Below the pieces are notes generated by a model. That model ran no database searches. It worked only from the letters and a program-made list of their open reading frames with translations, and was not told the origin of the DNA. A stretch of DNA of 64,000 bases, from the NCBI GenBank assembly GCA_047495785.1, contig JBLDXI010000003.1, forward strand, positions 1,674,001 to 1,738,000, written 5' to 3'. The stretch comes from Lepidodermella squamata (taxonomy: Eukaryota; Animalia; Gastrotricha). Shown one piece after another: positions 26,403-38,788 of this stretch. Each line of letters begins with the position of its first letter. Position 1 is the first letter of the stretch. Made by a program: the position numbers and the translations under genes.

Positions 26403-28616
26403 ATGTCAAGTTCACGTGCGAGTAAAGTCACCATAGACGGAGATATTTTTTCGGTAGAGTTTAAATTCCTAACATTCGCACTTCTGAAGTTTTTCCCCGG
26501 TTTATAGTCTGTCACCTGCCCTGTTTGTCTCGGACTTTTCTCATCACCGGTCGTTCTGCCCAACTGCGGTCATACGTTATGCGCATCTTGCGCTGCAAAA
26601 GTATCTAAATCTTCAATTATCGACAACGAAGATGATATAGAAATCGAAGTGTGTGAGACTTTATCATGTCCGGAATGCCGGTGTGAGCATGTTTTACCGC
26701 CGAATGGCTCCAAAGGTAGGAATCCTATGGCGGTTCCCTTTTAAGCATTAATTTATGATGCGCGATAACACAGGTCTTCCAGTAAACTATGTTGCTAAGC
26801 AAGCAGTTTGCTCTCTTGAAGAGACTGTTAATTTCAACAAAGCGCACGGTGTTGGTGAATCATGTCCACACTACAGTTTTCTCACGAAGTCGGCAGAATT
26901 GTGTCGACATTGCAGTCAGCGATTCTGCTCCGCTTGCTTAGTCGGCCACATCGAACGGCTGAAGATTGAATCTCAATGGACTACGAAAAACGTTAGCTAT
27001 TGCAGCTTACACTACCTGTTACCGCTGGTTTAGTTTCAGAGACGGATGAATGCTTTGAGTGAAGTAGCATCGAATGATCAAGATATTGTGACAGCGCAAG
27101 TTGAAAAGCTGAAATTGGCCATTAAGCAAGAAGCGATGGCGTTGCTTGAGGACCTGAGCAAAGTTGTCATGGAAAAGCAAGCTGAGTTACTTGCCGAAGC
27201 CGAGCAATACGGGCAAAAGCAACTTCTAGCCTTGCAGCAAAGTTCACAGAAGTGCTCAGAACATGAGGTTCAGACGTTTTTAGCTCGTGCAGCAAGCTTA
27301 AATGCAGAGTCATCGCTGTTCTGCTCCTTGGACGAAGTCGTAGAAGTATACGAACAAAGTTTGTCTCTCGACCATGAAGTGAGCTTAAGTCATATCATTC
27401 CGAAGTGAGGCTAAGGTCTATTTTGTAGCTTTCAATCCTGGAGCAAGCTAAATTCCATTCGGAACTGCCGACCAAAGCGGTTTTCCACGTTGATGTTTCG
27501 AAAAAGGAATGCACGGCCAAATTAGTCAAAGGTCAGTCAAGAATCCTGGAAATCGAAGTACAAAGTGACTTCAAGACTGAACATTCTGGCATCCATGAAG
27601 CCGCAGCGAATGGAGATGTCAAGTTTTTCAAAGAAATATTTGAAAATTCGGATATTTCAAAATCAACGAAAAGCTTTTTAGTCTCGAATTTTGGCGAAAA
27701 GCCGATTCTCATCGAAGCGGTCATGTCAGGTTCCCTGGAGCTGGTGAAATACCTTGTTGAAAAAGTTGGAATTGATCTGCATGCGGTTTTGGAGCGAAGT
27801 GAACCCGGCTCGCTGGACCGGAAAGGAAATGCCCTCCACTACGCCGCTTTCTTTGGCCATCTCGATATCATGAGATATCTAATTGAGAAAGACTCATCTC
27901 TACTCAATTCGAGCGATGATACCGGGGCCAAAGTTCTTCACTGGGCCGCTTTTGGCGGTCACGTCCATGTTTTGGAGTATTTAATCGAAGATCTCGATTG
28001 CGGGTTAAATTTGAAACGAGTGGCCGATGAAAATTCTCCACTTTTCGAAGCAGCTCGAGGCGGTCATCTTCAAGCTGTGAAATACTTGATGAGCAAAGGA
28101 TCTTACGTTGAAGAGGCCAGGTCGAAAATTGGGACAGTGTTGAACGCGGCCGTTCTAGGTGGAAATCCTGACGTGATTCGAGAACTTTATGTCCGAGATC
28201 CCATGTTATTTCTCGATCTGTATGATTCACCACTCTGCGACGCAGTCCGATGGGGCCACCTTAAAGCTGCGCAATGTCTCATCGAAGAGTGCAATTTGGA
28301 CGTGAATTCGAGAAATTTCATGGATAACACGCCGGTTATGATGCTCGAGTCGAATAATCTAGCCATTGTGAAGATGCTGGTTGAAGATTTCGGCGCAAAT
28401 TTAAGTCTGAAGAATTGTCACGGTTTCACCGTTTTGCATCTAGCAGCCGAGGATGATCGACTGGAAATTCTTGAATATTTGATTAATAAATCGCCTCATT
28501 TGCTCAATTTTACGAATAAGTATGGCGATACAGCCCTGCAAATGGCTTTGGACAATGAAGAATTCGAAGCAGCGAAATTAATCATCTCAAAAATGCAATC
28601 GCTGAACTCAGCATGA
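26403..28616 (+). CDS. TRIM-like E3 ligase with C-terminal ankyrin repeats, copy 1 (RING-HC, B-box-like, coiled coil, ANK)
   Basis: Exons ~26403-26453, 26508-~26715, ~26773-26991, ~27033-27378, ~27429-28616. RING CPVC...CGHTLCASC...CPEC; B-box-like CPH...CRHCSQRFCSACLVGH; heptad-rich helix; about 9 ankyrin repeats (NALHYAAFFGH, VLHWAAFGGH, PLFEAARGGH...). Confidence 0.8.
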
Positions 28617-28849
28617 AAATGTGAAAAATTTCGCAAAACACGAAGAACTTAGTTTTTCAAGATTTATTTCATAAATCGCTTTTTGATATTAAATATAAAT
28701 TGGTTAATCGACTTGGCTCTAATTAATTTCATCCATTCACATTTTAATTGCCCCCCGCGGCAATTTTTCATTTTTTCAATTGATAATTTTTTCTTTCGGC
28801 TAGATTGTTGATTTTACCAAATCTTTTTATACCCTGAAATCTGAGAAAA

Positions 28850-31800
28850 ATGTCGCGAAAACGCTCTCGACCTGACGGAATTGAGGCTGATAGCGAGTTG
28901 ATGAAGGCCTTCTCGTGCCCTGTCTGTCTTGGCCTGTACAAAAAGCCGAAAATTCTACCCACCTGTGGCCATTCAATGTGCCTGAGCTGCCTTCAAGCCC
29001 TCGTTAAGTCATCCAGCTCCACCCTGAATTGCCCCGAATGCCGGACTGCGAACTATCTCGGTTCAGGCGGAGTCGCCGCTCTGAAGACCAATTTTTCAGT
29101 TCAAACTGCGACTGATTTGTTTGCTGAGCGTAAGAAAAGCCGCATGGGGAGTGATTTGCCGGACAAAGGCTGTCCTCATCGCGATTTGGTGACGAAAACC
29201 ACGATCACGTGCGAGCACTGCAGCGGCCGCTTTTGCAACGCATGCATTCTCGGTCACATGGAAAAGCTGAAAATGGAAGCCAACTGGATTCTGGCAAATG
29301 TAATTTTTTATCAACTTTTTCTCATTAGCACAAACCTTCTGAAATATCCTGGAAAATATAGTAATTGAGCCCCCGAGTCTGCCTAATCATCTTGAAGAAT
29401 TACTCAAATTTTGGACCTCGTGAGATTTTTTTCCACTTTCAAGATCAATGAACGAGGAGTCGAACAATATCAATAAGAGGTTGATAGTCGTCAGGGTTGC
29501 AGAGAAAATGGGTTTCGACGCTTACGAGCGAAAAAGCTAATATTAAAAAATGCACGCTTAAAATCTTGCGTTTTTATTGCATCAGTTAATGATCCACACC
29601 ACACCCAATAAATTCTGATTTTTTAGGGTAATCTGTGGTGAAGAAACTTGCTAGATATTCAAAAAGTTTGTTGGGATCAAGCTAATGTCCTTACGATAAG
29701 CTGAATTAATGACACTATTCAGGGCAACTCTGAACTCTGGGGCTTTCCGTGTTTTAAGGAGGATGGGAGCATCCTAGAGGTCTGAAATTCGAAAATTTAA
29801 AAACTGAGTAAGGACATCTAAGAATTAAGAATCGTCCAAATTCGAGTGAACACACTTTTTGCGATTTGCTGGAAAATACAGAAAATTCGTCAAATCCCAC
29901 TTTTCCCTTGTTACCGGTCAATTATGAGCATGAGTATTCTGAGGAGCATGTAAAATTTCTGGACAAATTTTTCAAATTTGTTGGATCGGGGTGCCTCCAA
30001 TGTTTGGCACAAATATGTAGAGATTCGCTGCTTCGAGATATTTATTGGCTTGTGATGAACTGCACGATTTTGGAATTTTTCATCAAAATATTTGCTGATT
30101 GATTTCAGTTCGATTTATTGGAACGCCTCCATAGTTCATACTGCCCTCGTGCTTGAAAATTGGCAACAGGCCGGGGGAACCCATCCCATACCATATAGAG
30201 AAACATTGCTTAACCGGTGAAGTCACAAATTACTGTTATTTTACTTTATTCCATTGGTATTACTAGTTTTTAGAACACGCCTCTCAGATAATTGACGGAT
30301 CAGATCCAGATAGTTGGGTACAACAGCCATTTTCTCCATAGATATGCGAATCTTTGTGAAGCGGCTGTCAAGCGAGACGGACTTTCCCCCAAATGGCGAC
30401 AGAATAACGTTTTCAATTAGTCGTTGTTTGCCTTTTCTAAGTCTGAAAGGTCTCTCCATGAATTCGCCGCAATGTTTCTGTTTTCGTCGCATAGGTAAAC
30501 CTTTCTTCGTTCCTACAGAATGTCATCATATCATAGTAGTTGTTGTCTGCTGATATAGAAATGAAATGATTTGAATCATTGAATCGCTCTAAAATATTGA
30601 GTGTAAACCATCCAACCTAAACGGAGGATGACACATTCTTCGAATTTTATTTTCCCAAAAGTAAAATGTCCTCAAAACCGATCGTCGCTCGCGCGTGACC
30701 GAAAAACCTCTCCACGATCTGCGTAGAACTTGAGATTGAGACATGAGGCGAAGCATGGTTGCGCCCCAGGATTGCATTTGTAATATCACTCGCTCCATCT
30801 GCCATCACCGCACGGGGTTGTAGCGAGGCTTGACGTTTTTGAGTGCAATAAACATAGCCTCGTAAGCTCGCTGATCCTCACCCTTTGAGACGCAGAAAAA
30901 TCCGATCGCCGTCGCCGCCAGAAACTATCACCGATAGCATTCGATGGCACGAATCCTTTGTTTTCGGCAGTCTTATCGATGAGTCAAGTCAGCTCGCGAC
31001 GGCTGTTTGCCTGTGAAAACAACGAAAATTTATTGGAAAAATCAGACAGAGAACGAAAAGCAACAGTCCTCGAAGTTAGTATTTGATGAAGTAGCTCAGG
31101 CGGCCCTGCGATATCGAGAATCCGTCTTCGATCTTGAATTTGTCCTATACGACATCTACTAATATATGAGAACTAAAATGGCGCTGGCGTTTTTTCTCAG
31201 AAAGAAACTAACAAATTATGGCCTTCCAAATTCCAAATTATTGGCTCGAGGGTCCTATTAGGAAAAATTATAACATTATTGTGGAAGCGCCGAGTAGGCA
31301 GGATGTGTGGCGTTATCGCCGATCGGCCGAACCGAATAGTAGTGTTTTTGAGCATCAATCAGTGCGATGTTATAGATATTCAAGGCGCCTTCGCCCCCGG
31401 CCTCTCGTCCTTGATGGACGCAGTGGTGTTTGTGGACCACAACTTCAGTCCGGTAAAGCATCGCGTAAGAGTTCCGCCAATTTCTGCCTGTCAGATAGTT
31501 CGTAATAGATAAACCTTAGTTAGCTGGTGCTTGAAACCTTTGTTTCTCGGGCGAGTTTCCTAAATTTTTCATGCATTGTCATCTCAATGCTAAATGGGAG
31601 TCACATTTTATTCAACATCAAATTTCGATATGTTAATTTGTGCGATCCATACTCATTAAAGCACTTGATGATGACCAGTCTGAGAAAATAACAGAAAATT
31701 CGGGCGAAGAATGTAATTAATTGTTGTTGAACCCGTTCATAAAATTATAGAAAATTGAGCTAGCTGTAATTTTGCAAAGTTACGGACAAGTATTTGATTT

Positions 31801-34800
31801 TTGGCCAAAAAATTGAATTTTTAAATAGTTGTCCGAATAATTTTGCGATTCTCATTTTTGCAAAGACAATGATTGAAATGAGTGAAATTAAGCTTCAAGG
31901 ATGAGCCGCCTCACTAAATAGCTTCACTGATTAGCCGCATGTGCTCCCTGTCCGGCCGGGTATTGCCAATGTCGATGGAGATTTTCAGCTCGCACCCTGG
32001 GCATGTGTCATCCCAACGAAGAGTCCCAACGAAAAAAAGAGTTTGATGATAGAAGAAGTAATTTGATGTGGAAAAAGTAAATTTGATGTTAAAAGAAATA
32101 TTGTTCCTAAAATTGAATAAAAAAGGAAAAAATAAAACCATTATATTGGTCTAAAATTTTCCCTTTTCGCTTTGAGAAAGGATACCGAAGGATAACACAT
32201 TAATCGAAATTTATTCCCTAACAAATTTTCCGATTGAAATTAGAAAATGTAGAGCAATAAATAAAAGTTTCTTATCATTCCGTTTTTGCAGTTATTTTCA
32301 TTTTTTTTTGTTTTAGCTTGCTAAACGTGCTGAAAATGTGTCGCAAAAATCGGAACCTAATCTTGGCGCATGCGAGAAAGCTGTAGTCGAAAATATCCAA
32401 GCAACCAAATCGCGAATCAACGAAGTCTTTGAAACTATCACTCAGCGCTTCAATCAAGCCATCAGTGCCCGGAAAGATGAACTGCTGAAAGAAGCTGATC
32501 ACTTCTCGGAGCAGCAAACTGCGAGAATCAAAGAAATTTCGACAGAAATCAGCGGCGTGGATGTGTCGAAGTTGAAGGACGACGTTCATCGCATCAACAT
32601 GGCTTCACTTCTCTACCTGCCGGTTGAAGATGTCGTTGAAATTCATGCTAAAATCGCGAAAATCGATGTGGCAATTTCGGAATTTGAAGCCATCATGGCC
32701 GGCGAGTTGCTGCAGAAGTTGGACTGCCAGGCTGATTTGAGCAAGCTCGATCAAGTTCTCCCGCAAATTTCGTCAGCGTGCAATACCGTGGAATCCAAGT
32801 CGTCGTTAAAGGTATATTTTTCAATGGTTGGGCGATTATAAAAAACGCTCTGCATGCCTCTAATATTTCGGATGTAAGCCTAAAACTGGTTGGTTATTTT
32901 ATAGCCAGAGAAATACTGGGCTCATGAGAATGAGTATTAAATTATTTAGAACTTAACAACACGAATAAAAATCCAGAGAAATTGGGTCCAACTGGGTAGA
33001 ATACTGATACCTAGTGGGTGAGTCACCGGTAGACAGTACCGGGGTTTCGTCACGTGATTTCAAATTGTTGCCATACCAGATAAATCGTGGCCCACTTATC
33101 AGAGGACAAGAGAGTCTCCGCTCGTTCAAACATCTCCAGAATCAGGATTAAACTCTTGATTAAGTTGAAATATTGATCTTCCACATACTCGCTCGCAAAT
33201 TCCTGTAATTCCGCTCGATTCTTATAAGTCGTGACCGCATATTTTAGACAGATAAATAAGCTTGCCCTGAAGCAGTTGAGGCAGTTATACCGGACAAAAT
33301 CAATTATGCATCAAACAATCTTCGCATCAGGTCGACTCCGTAATCAGCCGGGAAACGTTCCTTACATTGCTCAACAACGCCTGGAAGTAAAATAATTCGA
33401 AATTCGTATAAATATCAGGTGTTTCTCGATGTAAAATCGAAAACTATTCCTCCATTTTCCTTCGAATTTCCTAAATCGATAATCGATAATCACCGATACG
33501 CAAAATCGATATTTGATTTCGATCGAATAGCCATATTACAAGGTAATAGTTGAAGTTGAGTTATTAGATTTCGTGAGATCCGATCTGAGAAATCATCCTC
33601 AGCCATTCGACGCCGTTTCCTTGTACCCATGGGTGGAATTAGTGCAGACGCTTCATTGTTTCGGAGCGGCATTTCAAGCTATTTTCTTTCGGATTCAGTT
33701 CATCGGAGAGAAATAGTCAAAATTTAGCATAGTTGTGTAGTTGCACGTTTCCTGTTTGGGTGATTAAGTTTTGAAAGGGTTGTTGACGAGTGCAATCTGG
33801 GGCCGTTCTGGACATGATGCCTACAAACACAGCATAGAGGCCTGCAGTGGCTCGTCCTATCCCGACTTGTAGTCCAGTAGGGTCGAGTGTGCCTCCATAA
33901 CAATTTGGCAGTGGCTCGTCCTATCCCGACTTGTAGTCCAGTAGGGTCGAGTGTGCCCACATAACAATTTGGGAAAAATTCGCAATGATGACGGACACTT
34001 AACAGGAATCCTCCGCTTCAATTTCAAACGGTCCAAAGATGACGATGTTGATGAGTTTGTCGTATGTGACCCCAAGGGTTCTTGCGGCTCGTAAAAAACT
34101 TGAAACCGTTCCCAGACCCGTGAATTTTGTGTGTCGAAGGCTTCTGTAGAGTAGATATTCATTAGCGCCGGTTTCATTCGTCCCAATTCCGGCATGGATT
34201 CTGGCGTAATTCTTGTAGCTCTTGCCGATCGTTACAGCGTCGACATTGGCAAAGTTTGGTGAGAAATTGACGACCTTCTTGTACACCTTCTCCTTTTCGG
34301 CGCTCGTAAGGCAGGGAAAATACTGGTCGACACGTGAAAAATCTATTCACAGATGAAAAGGGAAGATCAGTAAAACTTTGAATCATTGGACGAATAATGA
34401 AGCTATTTAATGAAAATAGTTTTGGCGATATTTGGGCCCTCCTGTCCTATATAAAAGGCCCAGTGCAGCTTTCCATGGAAAATTGATTGCCATTGACGGC
34501 GTTAGACGCAACATTTTCCAATAGGAAATATTGAAATTTCGAATTTTCTCTTTTTTTAGCTGGCATCCGAAATGGATCGTTTCCACAAAGCCGTGAAAAG
34601 CGGTAATTTGGCCGCCGTGAAGTCCACCTACGAAAACCCAACAATGCCGCCTGGCTGCAAGAAGTTCATCACCGAGCACAAGGACGACAACAACCAGGGC
34701 CGAAATGCGTTGATGCAGGCCGCTAAAGCTGGTTCTTTAGACCTCGTCCGCTACCTCATCGAAGAACAACGCGCCGATCCGAAAGTTGAGAATAAGCCGA

Positions 34801-35696
34801 ACAACAACACAGTTCGAGCTATGGCGGTTCATTTCGCGATTGAAAACGGCCATTTGGACGTTGTCAAGTACTTTTTGGAGAAGTGTCCGGAACTGGGTCA
34901 AATTTCGGACGATGAGGGTGGCTCTCTGCTTCACTGGGCTGCCTACAGTGGCCATGTTGAAATCATGCGGTATTTGATCGACGAAAAGCAGGCGAAAGTC
35001 GATGCCACAGACAAATTTGGCCAAACCCCCCTCAGCCAGGCTGTTCGAGGTAGTTCGAAAAATCTCGAGGCAGTCACATTTTTGGTGGAAAAAGGCGCGA
35101 AGTGTGATATTTTGACGTTGAAGCGCGAGAATCTATTCCATTTAGCTGCTAAAGTTTCCGGGGCAAATGCTGACATCGTGCGTTTTCTCCACTCGAAAAT
35201 TCCGAATCTAGCGAATGTTGAAGATGAAAATAAAAACACCGCCTTAAATTACGCGATTTTGGAGAAAAATCGGGAAATTTGCGAATTTTTCATCGAAGAG
35301 TGTAAAACGCCGCTGGATCGTGGTTCAAGTGATCAATCACCGATTTTCCTCGCAGTTTCGAGCCCGGCTAATCTAGAAATCGTGAAAATGCTGGTTGAAC
35401 GTGGCGCCTCGTTGAAAACGGTCGATTCGAACGGAAATACGGCTCTTCACGTCGCCGCGCTGAACGGCTGTCAAGAAATCGCTGAATTTTTAATTGGGAA
35501 AGAGGCGAGTTTGGTGGAAACGAAGAATAAAGACAGTGATACGGCGCTGGTTGCCGCGTTGTTGAACTACCAACTGGAAATGGTCAAGTTCCTCGAATCG
35601 AAAGGTGCTAAGAAGGTTTCGCTGAAAAATCGTCTCAAGAAAATTACGACTTACGGCTACAGTGCTAGTTACGAAGAACCAGAAGATTCGGATTAA
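28850..35696 (+). CDS. TRIM-like E3 ligase with C-terminal ankyrin repeats, copy 2
   Basis: Phase-0 exons 28850-29299 (RING CPVC..CGHSMCLSC..CPEC; B-box-like CPH..CEHCSGRFCNACILGH), 32317-32811 (coiled coil) and 34560-35696 (about 10 ankyrin repeats) join in frame at GT-AG sites; architecture matches copy 1. Confidence 0.75.
30240..31510 (-). mobile_element. Decayed Mutator-like (MULE) transposase remnant in intron 1 of TRIM-ANK copy 2
   Basis: Minus strand ~30910-30770 reads AIGFFCVSKGEDQRAYEAMFIALK...(frameshift) VMADGASDITNAI, resembling the MULE DDE core (PIGxxxxxxExxxxYxxxF...MADxAxAITNA); stops and frameshifts; boundaries uncertain. Confidence 0.6.
33040..33860 (-). mobile_element. Decayed hAT-family DNA transposon remnant in intron 2 of TRIM-ANK copy 2
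   Basis: Minus-strand fragments in the expected order: BED-finger-like CCVCRHH...SSTTLSKLNH, then LLSNVRNVSRLI, then LIKSLILILEMFERAETLLSSDKWATIYLVW (hAT consensus LxxILxPFxxATxxLSxxxxxTIxxV); interrupted by stops. Confidence 0.6.
33844..33971. repeat. Near-perfect 2 x 64 bp tandem duplication
   Basis: gcagtggctcgtcctatcccgacttgtagtccagtagggtcgagtgtgcc(tc/ca)cataacaatttg at 33844 and 33908. Confidence 0.95.
34448..34458 (+). promoter_or_regulatory. Candidate TATA box upstream of the ankyrin exon of TRIM-ANK copy 2
   Basis: TATATAAAAGG, ~120 nt upstream of the in-frame ATG at 34572. Confidence 0.35.
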
Positions 35697-36333
35697 ACGA
35701 ATTTGTTTCTGTATTCGGATGTAAAATTGATCAAAATGAGCATGCCTCGACTTTTGGCCACTGACAATTTCAGTTACGTTCGTGATTTTTCACATCAAAT
35801 AAAGCAGTTCCAAGATTTTGTTTCACGAAAGCTTTAAGTTATATATTGTTTCTATATTATGAGAAAACAGGATTTAATTTCACGTATTTTTGCTGCTTTG
35901 AAAAGGGTTGGAGTTTCCAGCGGTTTCTATTTCTGGAAAAGCTTTGAATGCCCTCGTTTTGATGAACGATCGGAGTTTCGGATCGGAAACATGAAAATTC
36001 TCGGGATTGTTGCTGAACTCAGATTTTTATATTGAAGCAGAACACAGATATCCGGCCATCAAGCTGGAGAATGGATATCGAAAATACACGAAGATTCAAG
36101 AAAAATCGAATTCCCACTATTTTCGGGTTTTTTTGCCCGAATTTCGAATGTTTGGCGAAAATCCATGAAGTTTGAAATATATTGAATGAAATGTCGAAAA
36201 ATAATACCCGCGAGTCGCTGTGACGCATTTTTTTCGTTAAAGTGTTTTTTCGTTATTGCACTTCAATTTTTCTTCACAATTTCCAACATTTAGGTTTTTT
36301 ACTGAATTCTTTTAACCAGTCTGCCTAATTTAT

Positions 36334-37243
36334 ATGAGTCGTGTTGCGTTTAAGGAAATCGTTAAAAATGGCGAATCCCCTTCAAAAATCGCTGAAAAAA
36401 TCGCCGTGCGAGAACGCCACAGAAGACGGTCAAAATTTGAGCTTGAACAGCGGAAAACGCATATAAATGCCCTACCATGTGAGCTTATCGTTCACATTTT
36501 GTCTAAAGTTTCGCCGTCTTTCGATATTTTCCGGAAAATGACGCTGGTCTGCAAAAGGTGGTACCATATTATCAGAAGTTCGAACTATTTGCTCGAAACC
36601 GCCATTCGGCCTCGAGTGGGCGAAATAGAATGGCATGAATTCACTCGAAATGGCAGAAATGAGTTGATCGAAAAACTGCGACAAGCCCTATTCAGTCATG
36701 CGTTGTTTCGTCGAAGCGGTTGGCGCTATTTAGACCGGCAGATGTACGCCATTGCAGTTGAATTTGATGTGATGAAAATAGGCCATTCTCGAAACGATCT
36801 CGATACATTTATGAAGAAATTTACCGGTTGGGGTGTTCCGTATTGTCAGATCTGGAAACGTGGCGATTTGAAGTCGAAACTCTATGCGATCGATTTGCGC
36901 GAAATTATGCCTTTTCCTGAGGTACGCATGGGTTTAGATCTTGGCCGATTTTTAAAAAAAAAATTTATGATACGAAAAAATTAAAATTAAAATTAAAAAA
37001 TAGATTATAATATTCAAATACCTCCAAATTTTGATTTTTTCTAATTTTTTCTGCTTGCAGGTTTGGGACATTTTGAAACTTGACCTCGTGTTCAGTTCAC
37101 CTGGTTCACCTTTGGGATGGCATTTTCTGTACGAAACATCTGTGAAAACTCAACAGGGTGATCAGACAACGGTGAAAAACATTTTGCTCGTGAACAGCTC
37201 TGAAATGGCCGCCTGGCTCCGATTTCCAAGCTCAGATTGCTAA
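36334..37243 (+). CDS. F-box protein with uncharacterised C-terminal domain
   Basis: Exons 36334-36921, 37061-37243; F-box motif INALPCELIVHILSKVS...FRKMTLVCKRWYHII. Confidence 0.8.
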
Positions 37244-37521
37244 TTTATACTGGCTGCGATTATAATTTATTTGTTATGATTACAACATGATTATATTTTC
37301 GTTCTTGCAATTTCTATTTCTTATTGTTTTGCCTGATATTCGTGATTTTTTTTACCACTTCTTCTTGTTTTTGAGGAAATAAATCGATTTGATCAATTTC
37401 GCTCATCTTTTGCATACGATTACCAGCTAAACAAAACCCAGAATTGGTCCAATCAAAATTATCATCCTTTTTTGAGAAAGAATATTGGTGAATTTTTTTG
37501 TAAATCGCGAGGTTTCAAGTG

Positions 37522-37593
37522 GGCTCAGTAGCTTAGTGGTAGAGCGTCTGTCTCGTAAACAGAAGATCGCGGGTTCAATTCCCGCCTGGGCCT
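37522..37593 (+). tRNA. tRNA-Thr(CGT)
   Basis: GGCTCAG acceptor arm pairing with CTGGGCC, U discriminator, anticodon stem TCTGT/ACAGA with loop CTCGTAA, T loop GGTTCAATTCC. Confidence 0.92.
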
Positions 37594-37672
37594 TGCGATA
37601 TGATTCATTTTGAGCGAAATTTTGAGATTATTTTAAAATTAAAATTAAAAAAAAACGGCAAAATAGTGAGCT

Positions 37673-37742
37673 TCATCGGCCGGGAATCGAACCCGGGCCT
37701 CCCGCGTGGCAGGCGAGAATTCTACCACTGAACCACCGATGC
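37673..37742 (-). tRNA. tRNA-Gly(GCC) with a 1-nt loss at the 3' end of the acceptor stem (possible pseudogene or sequence error)
   Basis: Reverse complement matches the other Gly-GCC copies except that it ends ...CCGATGAAG instead of ...CCGATGCAAG. Confidence 0.8.
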
Positions 37743-38788
37743 CTTGCTTACAGCGTGTAACGTTACATTGGTGTCATACATGCGTGTTAATTATTGTCCT
37801 CATGACGCGTTCTAAGCTCAGTTCACTCGCTTCTTTTCGCTCTCTTCATTTTAGGTTAGCAACAAATGAAAATGCGGCATTTTTCACAACTTTCCATTCA
37901 GATTAAATTAACTTTACTAAACGCTAAAATATTATATTATGTCTGCGCCGATGGCACCTGGAATTCATTGCCCCTTGAAATTGCAAAAGCTTTCCATTGA
38001 GCACTTTCAAACGGCAGCGCTTAAAAACTATACCCTATTTTACTTCGAAAGATGCGATTGATGTTACCCGGGCGCAATCCTAATATAAGAGCGCGCGCAG
38101 TGTCATTCAAATCGGTGAAAAAATAAGCTGAAATGCGAACACGCGCCGGCATCGCAAAAGTGACGCATACTTTCCTCAATAATATATTATTTTTCTCTTC
38201 ACACGTGCATGTGGCCCCGCCTTTCATGATGGCCTGTGTGCTGTGTCACTTCGGAGCACAATTCATAGCGTGCGGTCTGCCATCTTCGTAGCGACATTCC
38301 AGCCTATTTCGAGAGGAAGTTGTCCGACAAAAAAATTTACCGGCTAAGTAAAAAACGCGCGCTTACAGCCACCAAAAACCCTAAAATCAATTGCTACTCA
38401 CGCGACTCACTTCGTGCCCTGGCCCATTTTCTACTGTAAATCTATTTTAGCTGCCAAACAATCTTGGCTCTAACTTACGAAGCTGGAAATTACACTCCCC
38501 TCGGTCCAAAACCATGACTTTATTCCACTTCATGCTGGTGAGAAGTAAAAAAAAAGATGCAATTTTATATTTGTATGGTATGACATGAGTAAAACGTTTA
38601 TATCTGTACGGAGCCGCCCGAGATTTACGAGTCGGAACGAGCCGGAGGCGAGTTGCGATGAGTAAATCGAGTGCGGCGAGTTCAGATATGAACGATTTAC
38701 GAATGTTATACCGTAAAATATCGAATTGTCATAGCGACTCGACATATATTTTTGACGACAATTCTATATTTTCACGATATTTTTAGTG

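Noticed and set aside
33844-33971. Possible CRISPR-like repeat
   Set aside because: Only two abutting 64-bp copies with no spacer, in a eukaryotic intron; a simple tandem duplication.
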